Assembly (NCBI GenBank): GCA_035628455.1
Contig: DASPJT010000063.1
Span: forward strand, 1 to 31,175
DNA length: 31,175 nucleotides
Source of the DNA: Minisyncoccota bacterium
GTDB lineage: Bacteria; Patescibacteriota; Minisyncoccia; Phycocordibacterales; JAKFXT01
Direction: 5' to 3'
Shown: piece after piece, positions 9,073 to 17,211 of the stretch
How positions within the stretch are numbered: the first letter of the stretch is position 1
How the letters are laid out: each line of letters starts with the position of its first letter
The notes under the pieces: generated by a model
What the model saw: only the letters and a program-made list of their open reading frames with translations
Told to the model about the DNA's origin: nothing
Database searches by the model: none
Position numbers and translations under genes: made by a program

Positions 9073-9100
9073 CCATACAGACTCACTGAGAGAGGATCTC

Positions 9101-9601
9101 ATGACCTTCGCCCTTCCGTCGTTCGGGGAATACCTCCGGAGGTTCCCCTGGCTGCTATCCGCAGCTATCGTGGTGGCTGGTCTTCTCGCCTGGTTCGGCA
9201 AGTCTCTCCTGCCGTATCCTGGGTGGCTTCTCGTCACTCCGGTCATCTTTCTCCTCGCCGGCGCTCACGTGCTCGGCGCCTTCGTCTTCGTCGCGGACTG
9301 TCGTATCGCCGAGGCGGAGGGGAAGTCGAAGCACTCCCCGTTCCGTTCGGAGCCGTGGATCGTGCTCACCTTCCTCTACTATGTGATGGGCCGGCTCATC
9401 TTCGGTGTGCCGCTCTTCAAGCCGCTCGATTTCAGGCCCGAGGGTATCTCGGAGGACGCGCTGGCTCTCTTTGCGTGGATCTGCTTCGCATTCGCCGTGC
9501 TGACCCGGGTGCTCGCCATCCGCGCGCTCATCCGCTTCAAGCGGCCCGAGGCCAGGTTCACCGTCTGGTACCGCACAACGCTCGCCTCGGTCGGCAAGTA
9601 G
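9101..9601 (+). CDS. Hypothetical integral membrane protein (about 4 TM)
   Basis: 166 aa with four hydrophobic stretches, its own promoter, a GAGAGGA RBS and a downstream terminator. No family recognised. Confidence 0.75.
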   Translation: MTFALPSFGEYLRRFPWLLSAAIVVAGLLAWFGKSLLPYPGWLLVTPVIFLLAGAHVLGAFVFVADCRIAEAEGKSKHSPFRSEPWIVLTFLYYVMGRLIFGVPLFKPLDFRPEGISEDALALFAWICFAFAVLTRVLAIRALIRFKRPEARFTVWYRTTLASVGK

Positions 9602-9619
9602 CCGACCGTCCGGCACTTA

Positions 9620-9668
9620 CGCCCCGTCGCAAAACCGCCCCTCGGTTTGCGACGGGGCGGTTTCTTTT
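9620..9668. terminator. Intrinsic terminator with two alternative hairpins
   Basis: Stem A pairs 9620-9633 with 9646-9659. Stem B pairs 9632-9641 with 9654-9663. The U-rich tract runs to 9668. Confidence 0.8.
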
Positions 9669-9681
9669 CCATATCTTCAGC

Positions 9682-10947
9682 TTACCGACTCTCTTTTCCT
9701 ATGACTTCGAATCGCGGGCAGGGGACGATGAACTTGCCGCCGCGCTCCAGGAATTCCTTCTCGCGCCGCACGAAGGATTCGATGAAGTGCCAGGGGAGCA
9801 CGAAGAGATAATCAGGCTTCGCGGCGCGCATGTCTTCGTCGGAGGCGATGGGGATGTCGGTGCCGACAGTCTTCAGCCCGTATTTCATCGGCTGCCGCTC
9901 GGCGATGCCATCGATGAGGGTGTTGTCGATGCCCCACCACTGGAGGAGCGTGTTGCCCTTGGTAGATGCGCCGTAGGCCCAGATCGTCTTGCCCTTGGCT
10001 TTTTCCGCGCGCATGAAGGCGAGCGTCTGGTCGCGGAGGTCGCAGGAGCGCTTGTAGAAATCGAGATAGGTCTGAGGGTCCTTGAGGTTGAGGGTCTCTT
10101 CGTAGGCGAGGATCGAATCGACGCGCATCTCCGCTACGTCGCGGTAGGGCGCGCTCGCGAAGGTGGTGGGGTCCGCCTCGTTCTTGCGTATGGAGACGCG
10201 GAAGCTGCCGCCGTTCACGTCGTTCAGCTCGCAGTCCACTATCTTCAGGCCGTGCTTGTCGAGGAGGTATTTGAAGGATCCGAGGGAATAGTACTCGATG
10301 TGCTCGTGGCAGATGTTATCGAAGGCGAGCTGCTTGAGCATGAGCGGCAGATAGCTCATCTGCACCACCCAGATGCCGTTGTCATCCATGATCTCCTTCA
10401 CGTCCTTCACGAACTCGTGGGGATCCTCGAGGTCGTAGAACATCGCGATCGTCGTCACGACCTTGGCCTTCTTGCTGCCGAAGGGGGATTCGCGGTACGC
10501 CTTGGCCGTGAAGTAGTCGTTGACGAAGAGGCTGAAGCGGCTCTGGTCCGCTTCCCGGTAGGTGTTCTTGGCGGGGTCGAAGCCGATGCGGGTCACGCTC
10601 GGATCGATGAAGGAGAGGAGTGTGCCGTCGTTGCAGGCGATATCCACGTAGACGTCGCCGGGCTTGAGGCTCATGAGCTTGGCCGTCGAGAGGGCGATGT
10701 CCTTGAGCTCCGCCACCATGGATTCGTTCGTGCCCGAGCGGTACCAGTACTGCTCGTACATCGAGTCGAAGGGCGCCGTGTCCGCGAGCTGGACGAGACC
10801 GGATTCCGGCGCGAGCATCATCGTGAGAGGCACTTTCCCGCTCCGCGGGGCCGCATCCTTGGGGAGGAAATCGGAGATGTAGAGGTCGCCTAAGGAGAAA
10901 AGCTCTACCAAAGGCTCGCCGGAAATGCGGCAGGTCGTGCGCTTCAT
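9682..10947 (-). CDS. NDP-hexose C-methyltransferase family protein
   Basis: MKRTTCRISG start, GLVQL, Y.YRSG, DIACNDGTLL, TIAMFYDL, FDNICHEHIEYYS, NGGSFR, YGASTKGNTLLQ, VLPWHF, GGKFIVP.P. Confidence 0.9.
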   Translation of the reverse strand: MKRTTCRISGEPLVELFSLGDLYISDFLPKDAAPRSGKVPLTMMLAPESGLVQLADTAPFDSMYEQYWYRSGTNESMVAELKDIALSTAKLMSLKPGDVYVDIACNDGTLLSFIDPSVTRIGFDPAKNTYREADQSRFSLFVNDYFTAKAYRESPFGSKKAKVVTTIAMFYDLEDPHEFVKDVKEIMDDNGIWVVQMSYLPLMLKQLAFDNICHEHIEYYSLGSFKYLLDKHGLKIVDCELNDVNGGSFRVSIRKNEADPTTFASAPYRDVAEMRVDSILAYEETLNLKDPQTYLDFYKRSCDLRDQTLAFMRAEKAKGKTIWAYGASTKGNTLLQWWGIDNTLIDGIAERQPMKYGLKTVGTDIPIASDEDMRAAKPDYLFVLPWHFIESFVRREKEFLERGGKFIVPCPRFEVIGKESR

Positions 10948-10956
10948 AGTCCGGAG

Positions 10957-11004
10957 ATGATAGCACGCGGCGCGATTGCTAAGCAAGCAAATATGCGGTA
11001 TTTT
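10957..11004. promoter_or_regulatory. Back-to-back divergent promoters sharing a palindromic -35 region
   Basis: Minus strand: TTGCTT, 18 nt, TGc-TATCAT. Plus strand: TTGCTA, 17 nt, TATTTT. The two -35 boxes form TTGCT-A-AGCAA at 10976-10986. Confidence 0.55.
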
Positions 11005-11015
11005 ACGGGCATTAC

Positions 11016-11726
11016 ATGGACAAGACGGTCATCATCATCCCGACGTACAACGAAGCGGAGAACATCGGGAAGATAATCGCCCGCGTCCGCGAATTCCTCC
11101 CCGAGATCGACATCCTGGTGGTGGACGACAACTCTCCCGACGGCACCGCAGACATCGTGCGCGCGCTCATGGCGTCCGACAGCCATGTCCGCATGCTGAA
11201 CCGCAAGGGCAAGGAGGGCCTCGGCAAGGCGTACCTGAACGCCTTCGACGAGGCTATGAAGGATCCGAGCGTCGGCTGGATACAGATGCTCGACGCGGAC
11301 TTCTCGCACGATCCCAAGTACCTGCCGGGGATGCTGGCGCTCCGGGAGAACGCAGACCTGATCATCGGCTCGCGCTATGTCCCGGGCGGCGGCACCATCG
11401 GCTGGGTGCTCTGGCGGCGCTGGCTCAGCCGCTTCGCGAACGCTTACTGCCGCTTCATCACCGGCATGCCGGTGAACGACTGCACCTCGGGCTTCAACCT
11501 CATGCGCACGAGCTTCATGCGGGAAGCGCGCCTCGGAGAGATCCATGCCAAGGGCCACGCCTTCATGATGGAGCTGAAGCATAGGCTCTGGAAAGCCGGA
11601 GCGCGCGTGGTCGAGGTGCCGGTCCTCCTTGAAGACAGGCACGCGGGCAAGTCCAAGATGTCCAAGGGCGTCATCTTCGAGGGCGTGAAGGCTCCCTGGA
11701 AGATGCGGTTCCGCCGCGGCAGCTGA
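11016..11726 (+). CDS. Polyprenol-monophosphomannose synthase-like GT2 (DPM1/Ppm1 family)
   Basis: IIIPTYNEAENI, VVDDNSPDGTAD, GLGKAY, MLDADFSHDP, IIGSRYVPGG, DCTSGF, EVPV...DR..G.SKM. Confidence 0.9.
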   Translation: MDKTVIIIPTYNEAENIGKIIARVREFLPEIDILVVDDNSPDGTADIVRALMASDSHVRMLNRKGKEGLGKAYLNAFDEAMKDPSVGWIQMLDADFSHDPKYLPGMLALRENADLIIGSRYVPGGGTIGWVLWRRWLSRFANAYCRFITGMPVNDCTSGFNLMRTSFMREARLGEIHAKGHAFMMELKHRLWKAGARVVEVPVLLEDRHAGKSKMSKGVIFEGVKAPWKMRFRRGS

Positions 11727-11733
11727 GCGATCT

Positions 11734-13476
11734 ATGCGAAGGCACCTCGCCGCCATCCTGCTCGCGCTCCTCGTCGGAGCGATCCACGCGGCTCCGTTCG
11801 CCTGGCAGCAGCTCTCGCCGGGCTACCGCGGCGTCCCCATGATCGAAGCGGGGGACGCCGATTTCTACCTCACCTTCATCGGGAAAAGCTACGAGGCTTC
11901 GGCGCCCGTAGCGGACCCTTTTCAATATGAATATCAGGATGCCGGGAATCCCTTCCAGTTCTTCCTCATAGAATTTCTCCTGGGGAAGATCGGGAAGGCT
12001 CTCGATCTGCCGCTCGGCGCGCTCCATCTCGGCATGCAGTTCTTCTTCCCGGCAGCCCTGACCCTCCTCCTTTATTTCTTCGCGCTCTCGCTCTCCGGCA
12101 GAATCCCTATCGCGCTCCTCGCAGCCGCCGCAGCCCTCCTCGGGAACGAGTTCGTCCGCTTCAGCGGGATCCTGGATACCCTGCGGACCTTCTGGTTTGA
12201 GGGGCCGTACCGGGAGTTCCTGACGTATTCGCGTCCGGTCAATCCGCAGGCGAGCGCGCTCCTCTTCTTCGGGGCGCTCTGGCTCCTCTCCTCTCTGTAT
12301 CGCAAGCCAGCTCTCCGCATCGCGCTCGGGAGCGGTCTCGCCGTCGGAGCACTCGTTTACATCTATCTCTACTTCTGGGCTTTTGCCGCGACCGTGCTCG
12401 GCGTCATCTTCCTCTTCGCGCTCGTAGCGCGCGAGCGGGAGCTTCTCCGATATTCCTTCTTCGCCGGCCTTGCCGCGCTCGCGGCCATGCTGCCGTTCCT
12501 CTTCCTCAATCTAGGCGTGTTCCTGGGAGAGACCGAGAGCGCGCTCACGACCGCCATCCTCACGCACAAGGTTATATTGGAGAAGATGATCCTAGTGCCG
12601 CTCTTTCTCTATAGTCTCCTCTTCCTCTGGGGGAGGTTCGGCGCGAATCGGAGAGGCGCGGAATGGGCCCGCTATTTCTTTGCTAAGTACCGCTTCGTCT
12701 ACCTCCTCCTTCTCGCCGGCGTCATCGTCTCCAATCAGCAGGTGATCACCGGCCGGATCATCTTCGTGGAGCATTTCCACTTCTTCACGAATATCCCTCT
12801 GTTCCTGCTCTCGATGGCGCTCCTCGGGGGGGAGATCCTGGCGCTCTTCCCGCGCCTGCTGCGCGGAGCGCTTACGGGACTCGCCGTGCTCATGCTCGCC
12901 TGGTTCGCGTTCGGAGTGCAGATGATCTCCTACGATGCCCATAAGGCGGAGGCTCTGCGAAATCAGGATCTTGCGCCTATCCTGGAGCATCTCGCGCAGC
13001 AGGAGGGTGCGGTCGTGTTGACGGATAAGTACCTCTGGACCCGCATTACCGCATATGCGCCGGTGTACGTCTATTCTGCCGGGGGCACGGACGCCACGTT
13101 CGATGTGCCGCGGGAGAGGCTCGAGCATGACCACTTCGTGACGCTCGCGCTGCGAGGGGTCGCTCCGGAGGACGCGCGCGCGTACCTATATGAACCGGAG
13201 AACCGCAAGGAGGTCGGCATGATGCTCTTCGTGGGCACCTACTGGCGGGATCTCTGCGGCTCGCAGGGATGTTTTCCGGATAGTGTGCTCGAAGAGCTCG
13301 TCCCGAAATACCAGGAGTTTGCATCTCGCCCGCTTCTTGAGAATATACATAGGTACAAGGCCGACTATCTCCTCTGGGATCGGAAGAGGGAGTCGTCCTG
13401 GCGCTTTGCGGAAATCGTCGTAGAGCCGCCGATAATAGAAAGCGGGGACTTCCGGCTCTACGCGCTTAAACCATAA
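11734..13476 (+). CDS. Large polytopic membrane protein, probable GT-C-fold glycosyltransferase
   Basis: N-terminal TM, then a loop with GDADFY, roughly ten or more TM segments, and a soluble C-terminal domain ending in YKADYLLWD. Directly follows the polyprenol-P-sugar synthase. The CDS is secure; the function is inferred. Confidence 0.6.
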   Translation: MRRHLAAILLALLVGAIHAAPFAWQQLSPGYRGVPMIEAGDADFYLTFIGKSYEASAPVADPFQYEYQDAGNPFQFFLIEFLLGKIGKALDLPLGALHLGMQFFFPAALTLLLYFFALSLSGRIPIALLAAAAALLGNEFVRFSGILDTLRTFWFEGPYREFLTYSRPVNPQASALLFFGALWLLSSLYRKPALRIALGSGLAVGALVYIYLYFWAFAATVLGVIFLFALVARERELLRYSFFAGLAALAAMLPFLFLNLGVFLGETESALTTAILTHKVILEKMILVPLFLYSLLFLWGRFGANRRGAEWARYFFAKYRFVYLLLLAGVIVSNQQVITGRIIFVEHFHFFTNIPLFLLSMALLGGEILALFPRLLRGALTGLAVLMLAWFAFGVQMISYDAHKAEALRNQDLAPILEHLAQQEGAVVLTDKYLWTRITAYAPVYVYSAGGTDATFDVPRERLEHDHFVTLALRGVAPEDARAYLYEPENRKEVGMMLFVGTYWRDLCGSQGCFPDSVLEELVPKYQEFASRPLLENIHRYKADYLLWDRKRESSWRFAEIVVEPPIIESGDFRLYALKP

Positions 13477-13486
13477 TCAAAAGACC

Positions 13487-14263
13487 ATGCTCACCGTAAC
13501 GACCAGCTGGGACGACGGCCATCAGCTCGATCTGCGCACTGCCGCGCTCCTCGAGCGCTACGGCGTGCGTGGCACCTTCTATATCTCAGAGAAATACGCT
13601 ACGCCGCGCCTCAGCGAGGAGGAGATACGCTCGCTGCGCCCCTTCCACGAGGTCGGCGCTCATACGGTGACGCATCCCGATCTCACCATGCTCCCTGAAG
13701 CCGAGGCGCTCCGCGAGATGGTGGAAGGGAAGGCCTGGCTCGAAGCGGTGCTCGGGGAAGAGGTCCCTCTGTTCTGCTACCCGTCCGGCCGCCTCAATAA
13801 GCGCGTCGTGGAGCTCGCCAAGGAGGCGGGTTTCCGCGGAGCGCGCACCACCGCTTTCGGCGCGACCAGGCCTCCGGAGGACCCGTTCTTCCTCGGCACG
13901 ACGATCCAGGCCTATCCCTTCCCCTTGCGCAAGCTCGATAAGGACCACTATTACTGGGGCAAGATCCTCCAGCCGCTCTCCGAGCGCTATTCCTCGCTCC
14001 GCTCTCTCGGCGTTCCGCTCTCCGCGATGACGAGCTGGGGCGCGGCGGCGGCTGCGGCGTTCGAGCACGCCCTCGCGCACGACGGGATGTTCCATCTCTG
14101 GGGGCACTCCTGGGAGATCGAGCGCTACGGCCTGTGGGATGACCTCGAGGACCTTCTCAAGAGGATGTCGGAGAAGAAAGATAGGGTGCGCTTCGTCACG
14201 AACGGCGAGCTCCTGGGCGTCTTGCCGCTTGCCGCTTCGGATGAGGGAGCGCCAGCCGAATGA
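13487..14263 (+). CDS. Polysaccharide deacetylase (NodB/CE4)
   Basis: TTSWDDG, HEVGAHTVTHPDL, FCYPSG, FHLWGHSWE. Confidence 0.92.
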   Translation: MLTVTTSWDDGHQLDLRTAALLERYGVRGTFYISEKYATPRLSEEEIRSLRPFHEVGAHTVTHPDLTMLPEAEALREMVEGKAWLEAVLGEEVPLFCYPSGRLNKRVVELAKEAGFRGARTTAFGATRPPEDPFFLGTTIQAYPFPLRKLDKDHYYWGKILQPLSERYSSLRSLGVPLSAMTSWGAAAAAAFEHALAHDGMFHLWGHSWEIERYGLWDDLEDLLKRMSEKKDRVRFVTNGELLGVLPLAASDEGAPAE

Positions 14264-15513
14264 CTGCGCGGAAGATACTCATCGTGAATGACGGCTTCCC
14301 GCCCTCTTCCTGGGGCGGAGCCAATACCATCGCGCTGCTCCATGCGCGCGGCCTCCGCGAGCGCGGCTATGAAGTGAAAGTCTTCGCTACGACGCGGGTG
14401 AGGGCGGAAGACGGCTGGACGGAGTATGACGGCCTCCCGGTACGCTTTTTCTATACCGACTATCACCCGCGCTGGTGGGCGTACCGGAGCCTCTACAACC
14501 GAGAGGTCCTCGGCGCCTTTGGAGCGGAACTCGCGGCGTTCGCGCCGGACGTCGTGCATTTTCATAATCTCCATCAGTACTTCTCCTACCACGCTATCGC
14601 GCTCGCCAAGCGCTCCGGCGCCAAAGTCTTTCTCACGGCGCACGACGTGATGAGCTTCGCGTACCAGAAGCTACACCATTTCATCGATTACTCCTCGACC
14701 GCCATCCCTCGGACATTCCGTTACCGGATACCGTGGCAGGTGAACCTGCGCGATGCGCGCAAGCGCTTCAATCCTCTGCGCAACCCGCTCATCCGTTTTT
14801 ACCTGCGGAAGGCGGATCAGGTCTTTGCAGTGAGCGATGCTCTGCGGCAGGCGCTCGAGGAAAACGGCATCCGGGGGAATGTCTCCGTCGCGCATAACGG
14901 CCTGGCGGCAGAGAGTTTCGGAAAGTATTTCGACAAAGAGTCGTTTGCAGAGAGTCTCGGGTTATCCGGCACGAAGGTCGTCCTCTTCGTAGGCCGCTTC
15001 ACGCCGGACAAGGGGCGCGACGTCCTCTTGCGCGCGTTCGCGCGGGTAGCGGAGAGGGTGTCCGCGGCCAAGCTCCTGGTGGTAGGCTTTGACCCCGCGA
15101 AGCAGCAGGAGCCAGTGATGGAACAGCTCATCGATGAACTCGGTATTCGGTCGCGCATCGTCTTCGTGCCGCATTCAGCGCATGAGGATATATATAAATA
15201 TTACCGGCTGGCGGATGTAGTTGCGGTGCCTTCGATCATTTTCGACTCTTTCCCGACGGCGAACCTCGAAGCTATGGCGGCAGGGAAGCCGGTCGTGGCG
15301 ACCTGCTTCGGCGGCTCTTTTGAGGCGGTGGAGGATGGTAAGACAGGCTTTATCGTGAACCCGCTCGATATGGAAATGCTTGCAGAGAAGCTCGCTTACC
15401 TTCTCCAGAATGAGGAACAAGCTGCTGTGATGGGGGAAGCGGGATTAAAGCGCCTGCGCGAGAATTTCTCTCTTGAGAAGCAGCTCAGTGTTTATGAAGG
15501 CTATTACTTATGA
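14260..15513 (+). CDS. Glycosyltransferase family 4
   Basis: DVVHFHNL, LTAHD, FAVSD, LFVGRFTPDKG, DSFPTANLEAMAAGKPVV. Confidence 0.92.
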   Translation: MTARKILIVNDGFPPSSWGGANTIALLHARGLRERGYEVKVFATTRVRAEDGWTEYDGLPVRFFYTDYHPRWWAYRSLYNREVLGAFGAELAAFAPDVVHFHNLHQYFSYHAIALAKRSGAKVFLTAHDVMSFAYQKLHHFIDYSSTAIPRTFRYRIPWQVNLRDARKRFNPLRNPLIRFYLRKADQVFAVSDALRQALEENGIRGNVSVAHNGLAAESFGKYFDKESFAESLGLSGTKVVLFVGRFTPDKGRDVLLRAFARVAERVSAAKLLVVGFDPAKQQEPVMEQLIDELGIRSRIVFVPHSAHEDIYKYYRLADVVAVPSIIFDSFPTANLEAMAAGKPVVATCFGGSFEAVEDGKTGFIVNPLDMEMLAEKLAYLLQNEEQAAVMGEAGLKRLRENFSLEKQLSVYEGYYL

Positions 15514-16268
15514 ATATTGCCCTTCAGTTCAAGGCTCTCTACTACCCGCTTCGCCGCCTGCTCGGACCAGTAGTCGTGACGGATGATTTCGGCATCAAGG
15601 TGAAGTGGTATCCTCATGACAAGATTCCCATAAAGAAGCTCATCACTCGCGAGAATTACAAGTACGAGTTCAGCCAGTATGATAAGTATGCGAAGGGAGT
15701 AGTGGTGGACGTAGGAGCCAATATCGGGATCCATGCCGTTTATCTGAGCCGCTTAGCGACGAAGGTGCATGCCTTTGAGCCGGTCGGGTCTACTTTCAGC
15801 TATCTGCTTGAAACGGTGGCCTTGAATGGAGCGCAGGAAAAGATAGAAACGCACCGTCTCGGCCTCGGAGAGAGCGCCGGGGAGCTTGAGATGCAGATAT
15901 TTTCTCTAGAGCATTCTTCGTGGAATTCAGCCTACGTTCCTAAAAATCAGCAGATCAGTCCTGTGGGCGTCGAGCGTGTCCCCGTGACCACTCTCGACGA
16001 TTTCGCCGAAGATAAGCAATTACAGAAAATCGACTTTGTGAAGATAGATGTAGAGGGGCATGAATTGCAGGTGCTAAGGGGTGCGAAGAAGCTTTTAGGG
16101 GAAAAGAGGATAAGCACCCTTTCGTTCGAGGTGACGCAGATGCATGCGCATGATCCCCAAGAGATTTTCCATCTCTTGCGAGACTGCGGTTATGAAGTGG
16201 AGGATTACGATCCGGCCAGGCCTCATCATAACTACTACGCTCGTCTGCCTAGCCTTTCAGCCGCTTGA
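15510..16268 (+). CDS. FkbM-family methyltransferase
   Basis: VVDVGANIG, HAFEP, IDFVKIDVEGHELQVLRG. Confidence 0.92.
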   Translation: MNIALQFKALYYPLRRLLGPVVVTDDFGIKVKWYPHDKIPIKKLITRENYKYEFSQYDKYAKGVVVDVGANIGIHAVYLSRLATKVHAFEPVGSTFSYLLETVALNGAQEKIETHRLGLGESAGELEMQIFSLEHSSWNSAYVPKNQQISPVGVERVPVTTLDDFAEDKQLQKIDFVKIDVEGHELQVLRGAKKLLGEKRISTLSFEVTQMHAHDPQEIFHLLRDCGYEVEDYDPARPHHNYYARLPSLSAA

Positions 16269-17211
16269 GAAACCGGTGCAGAGCAGGCGCATGCCGCTTG
16301 AGGAAGAAGACCGCTTTCTCCACGAGGCCGGCCTTGATGCCTGAGCTGACCCGCAGGCTGTAACGGTCCGCCTCTTCGTTCACGCGTATCTCGGATGGGT
16401 GGACGAGAGGGAAGCTGAGCGGAGCCGTGCGCATGCGGTGGAAGACGCTCTTTTTCTTGATGTGGGTGCCCTCGTCGTCGCCGACGTTCGAGATGAGGTT
16501 CGTCGCGGGTACGATGGAGAGCCCGTCGTGGAGGAGCTGGGTGAATATCCACTGCGCTCCCCATACGTCGGATTTCGTACGGTCAGTGCCTACGGCGTGC
16601 ACGTGATCGAATCGGTATTCGAGGTGATCAATGACGGCGGGATCCTTGATGCGCTTTGCGAGAAGGCCCGAGCGTTTGGCGTCAGGCCACGCCGACATGC
16701 GTTCGTCATACAGGCGCCAGGCCCTGCGCCAGGTCGCCCAGCCCCAGATCTCGCCGAATTGCGAGAAGTAGTAGCTCTCGCTTATCCGGAAGCGAGGATT
16801 TCGCTCCTGTACGTTCATGGCGGCGATCTGCATCACTCGCGGCTCATCCTTATAACGCTCCAGCAATTCGTTGCAAAAATGGTAGAAGCTCATGTCGGGT
16901 ATGCAGTCGTCTTCGAGGATGATGGCTCTCTCTGTATTTTCAAAAACCCAGTTCAATCCGCTGACAACGCGCTTGCGCAGGCCGAGGTTCGTCTCTGCGT
17001 AGTCCTTGCGCACCGTGCACGGCCAGTCGACCGCGCTCTCGAGGTATTCGCGCACGGCGAGGCACTTCTCCTTCTCGGCTTCATTGCGCCAACCATCTGC
17101 GATGATGAAGAGCTCTTGGGGTGCGGCTTTGCGCACCGTCTCGAACATCTTCTTGGTAGCGTCGAGTCGCTTGAAGACGATGATGGCTACCGGGGTCTGA
17201 AGAGGATTCAT
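16249..17211 (-). CDS. GT-A fold nucleotide-sugar transferase (HlpA-like, GT2-related)
   Basis: TPVAIIVFKR, LFIIADG, NLGL..RV.SGLNWVF, AIILEDDCIP, IWGWATWRRAW, NLISNVG. Confidence 0.8.
   Translation of the reverse strand: MNPLQTPVAIIVFKRLDATKKMFETVRKAAPQELFIIADGWRNEAEKEKCLAVREYLESAVDWPCTVRKDYAETNLGLRKRVVSGLNWVFENTERAIILEDDCIPDMSFYHFCNELLERYKDEPRVMQIAAMNVQERNPRFRISESYYFSQFGEIWGWATWRRAWRLYDERMSAWPDAKRSGLLAKRIKDPAVIDHLEYRFDHVHAVGTDRTKSDVWGAQWIFTQLLHDGLSIVPATNLISNVGDDEGTHIKKKSVFHRMRTAPLSFPLVHPSEIRVNEEADRYSLRVSSGIKAGLVEKAVFFLKRHAPALHRFLKRLKG

Noticed and set aside
9223-10893. 556-aa plus-strand ORF and other long alternative or antisense ORFs (656-1489, 2032-2988, 3059-4210, 4855-6426, 17595-18503, 25619-26227, 26115-27131, 27893-28882)
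   Set aside because: They shadow well-supported genes, have no motifs and show biased R/G/A/E composition. This is expected from stop-codon scarcity in high-GC3 sequence.
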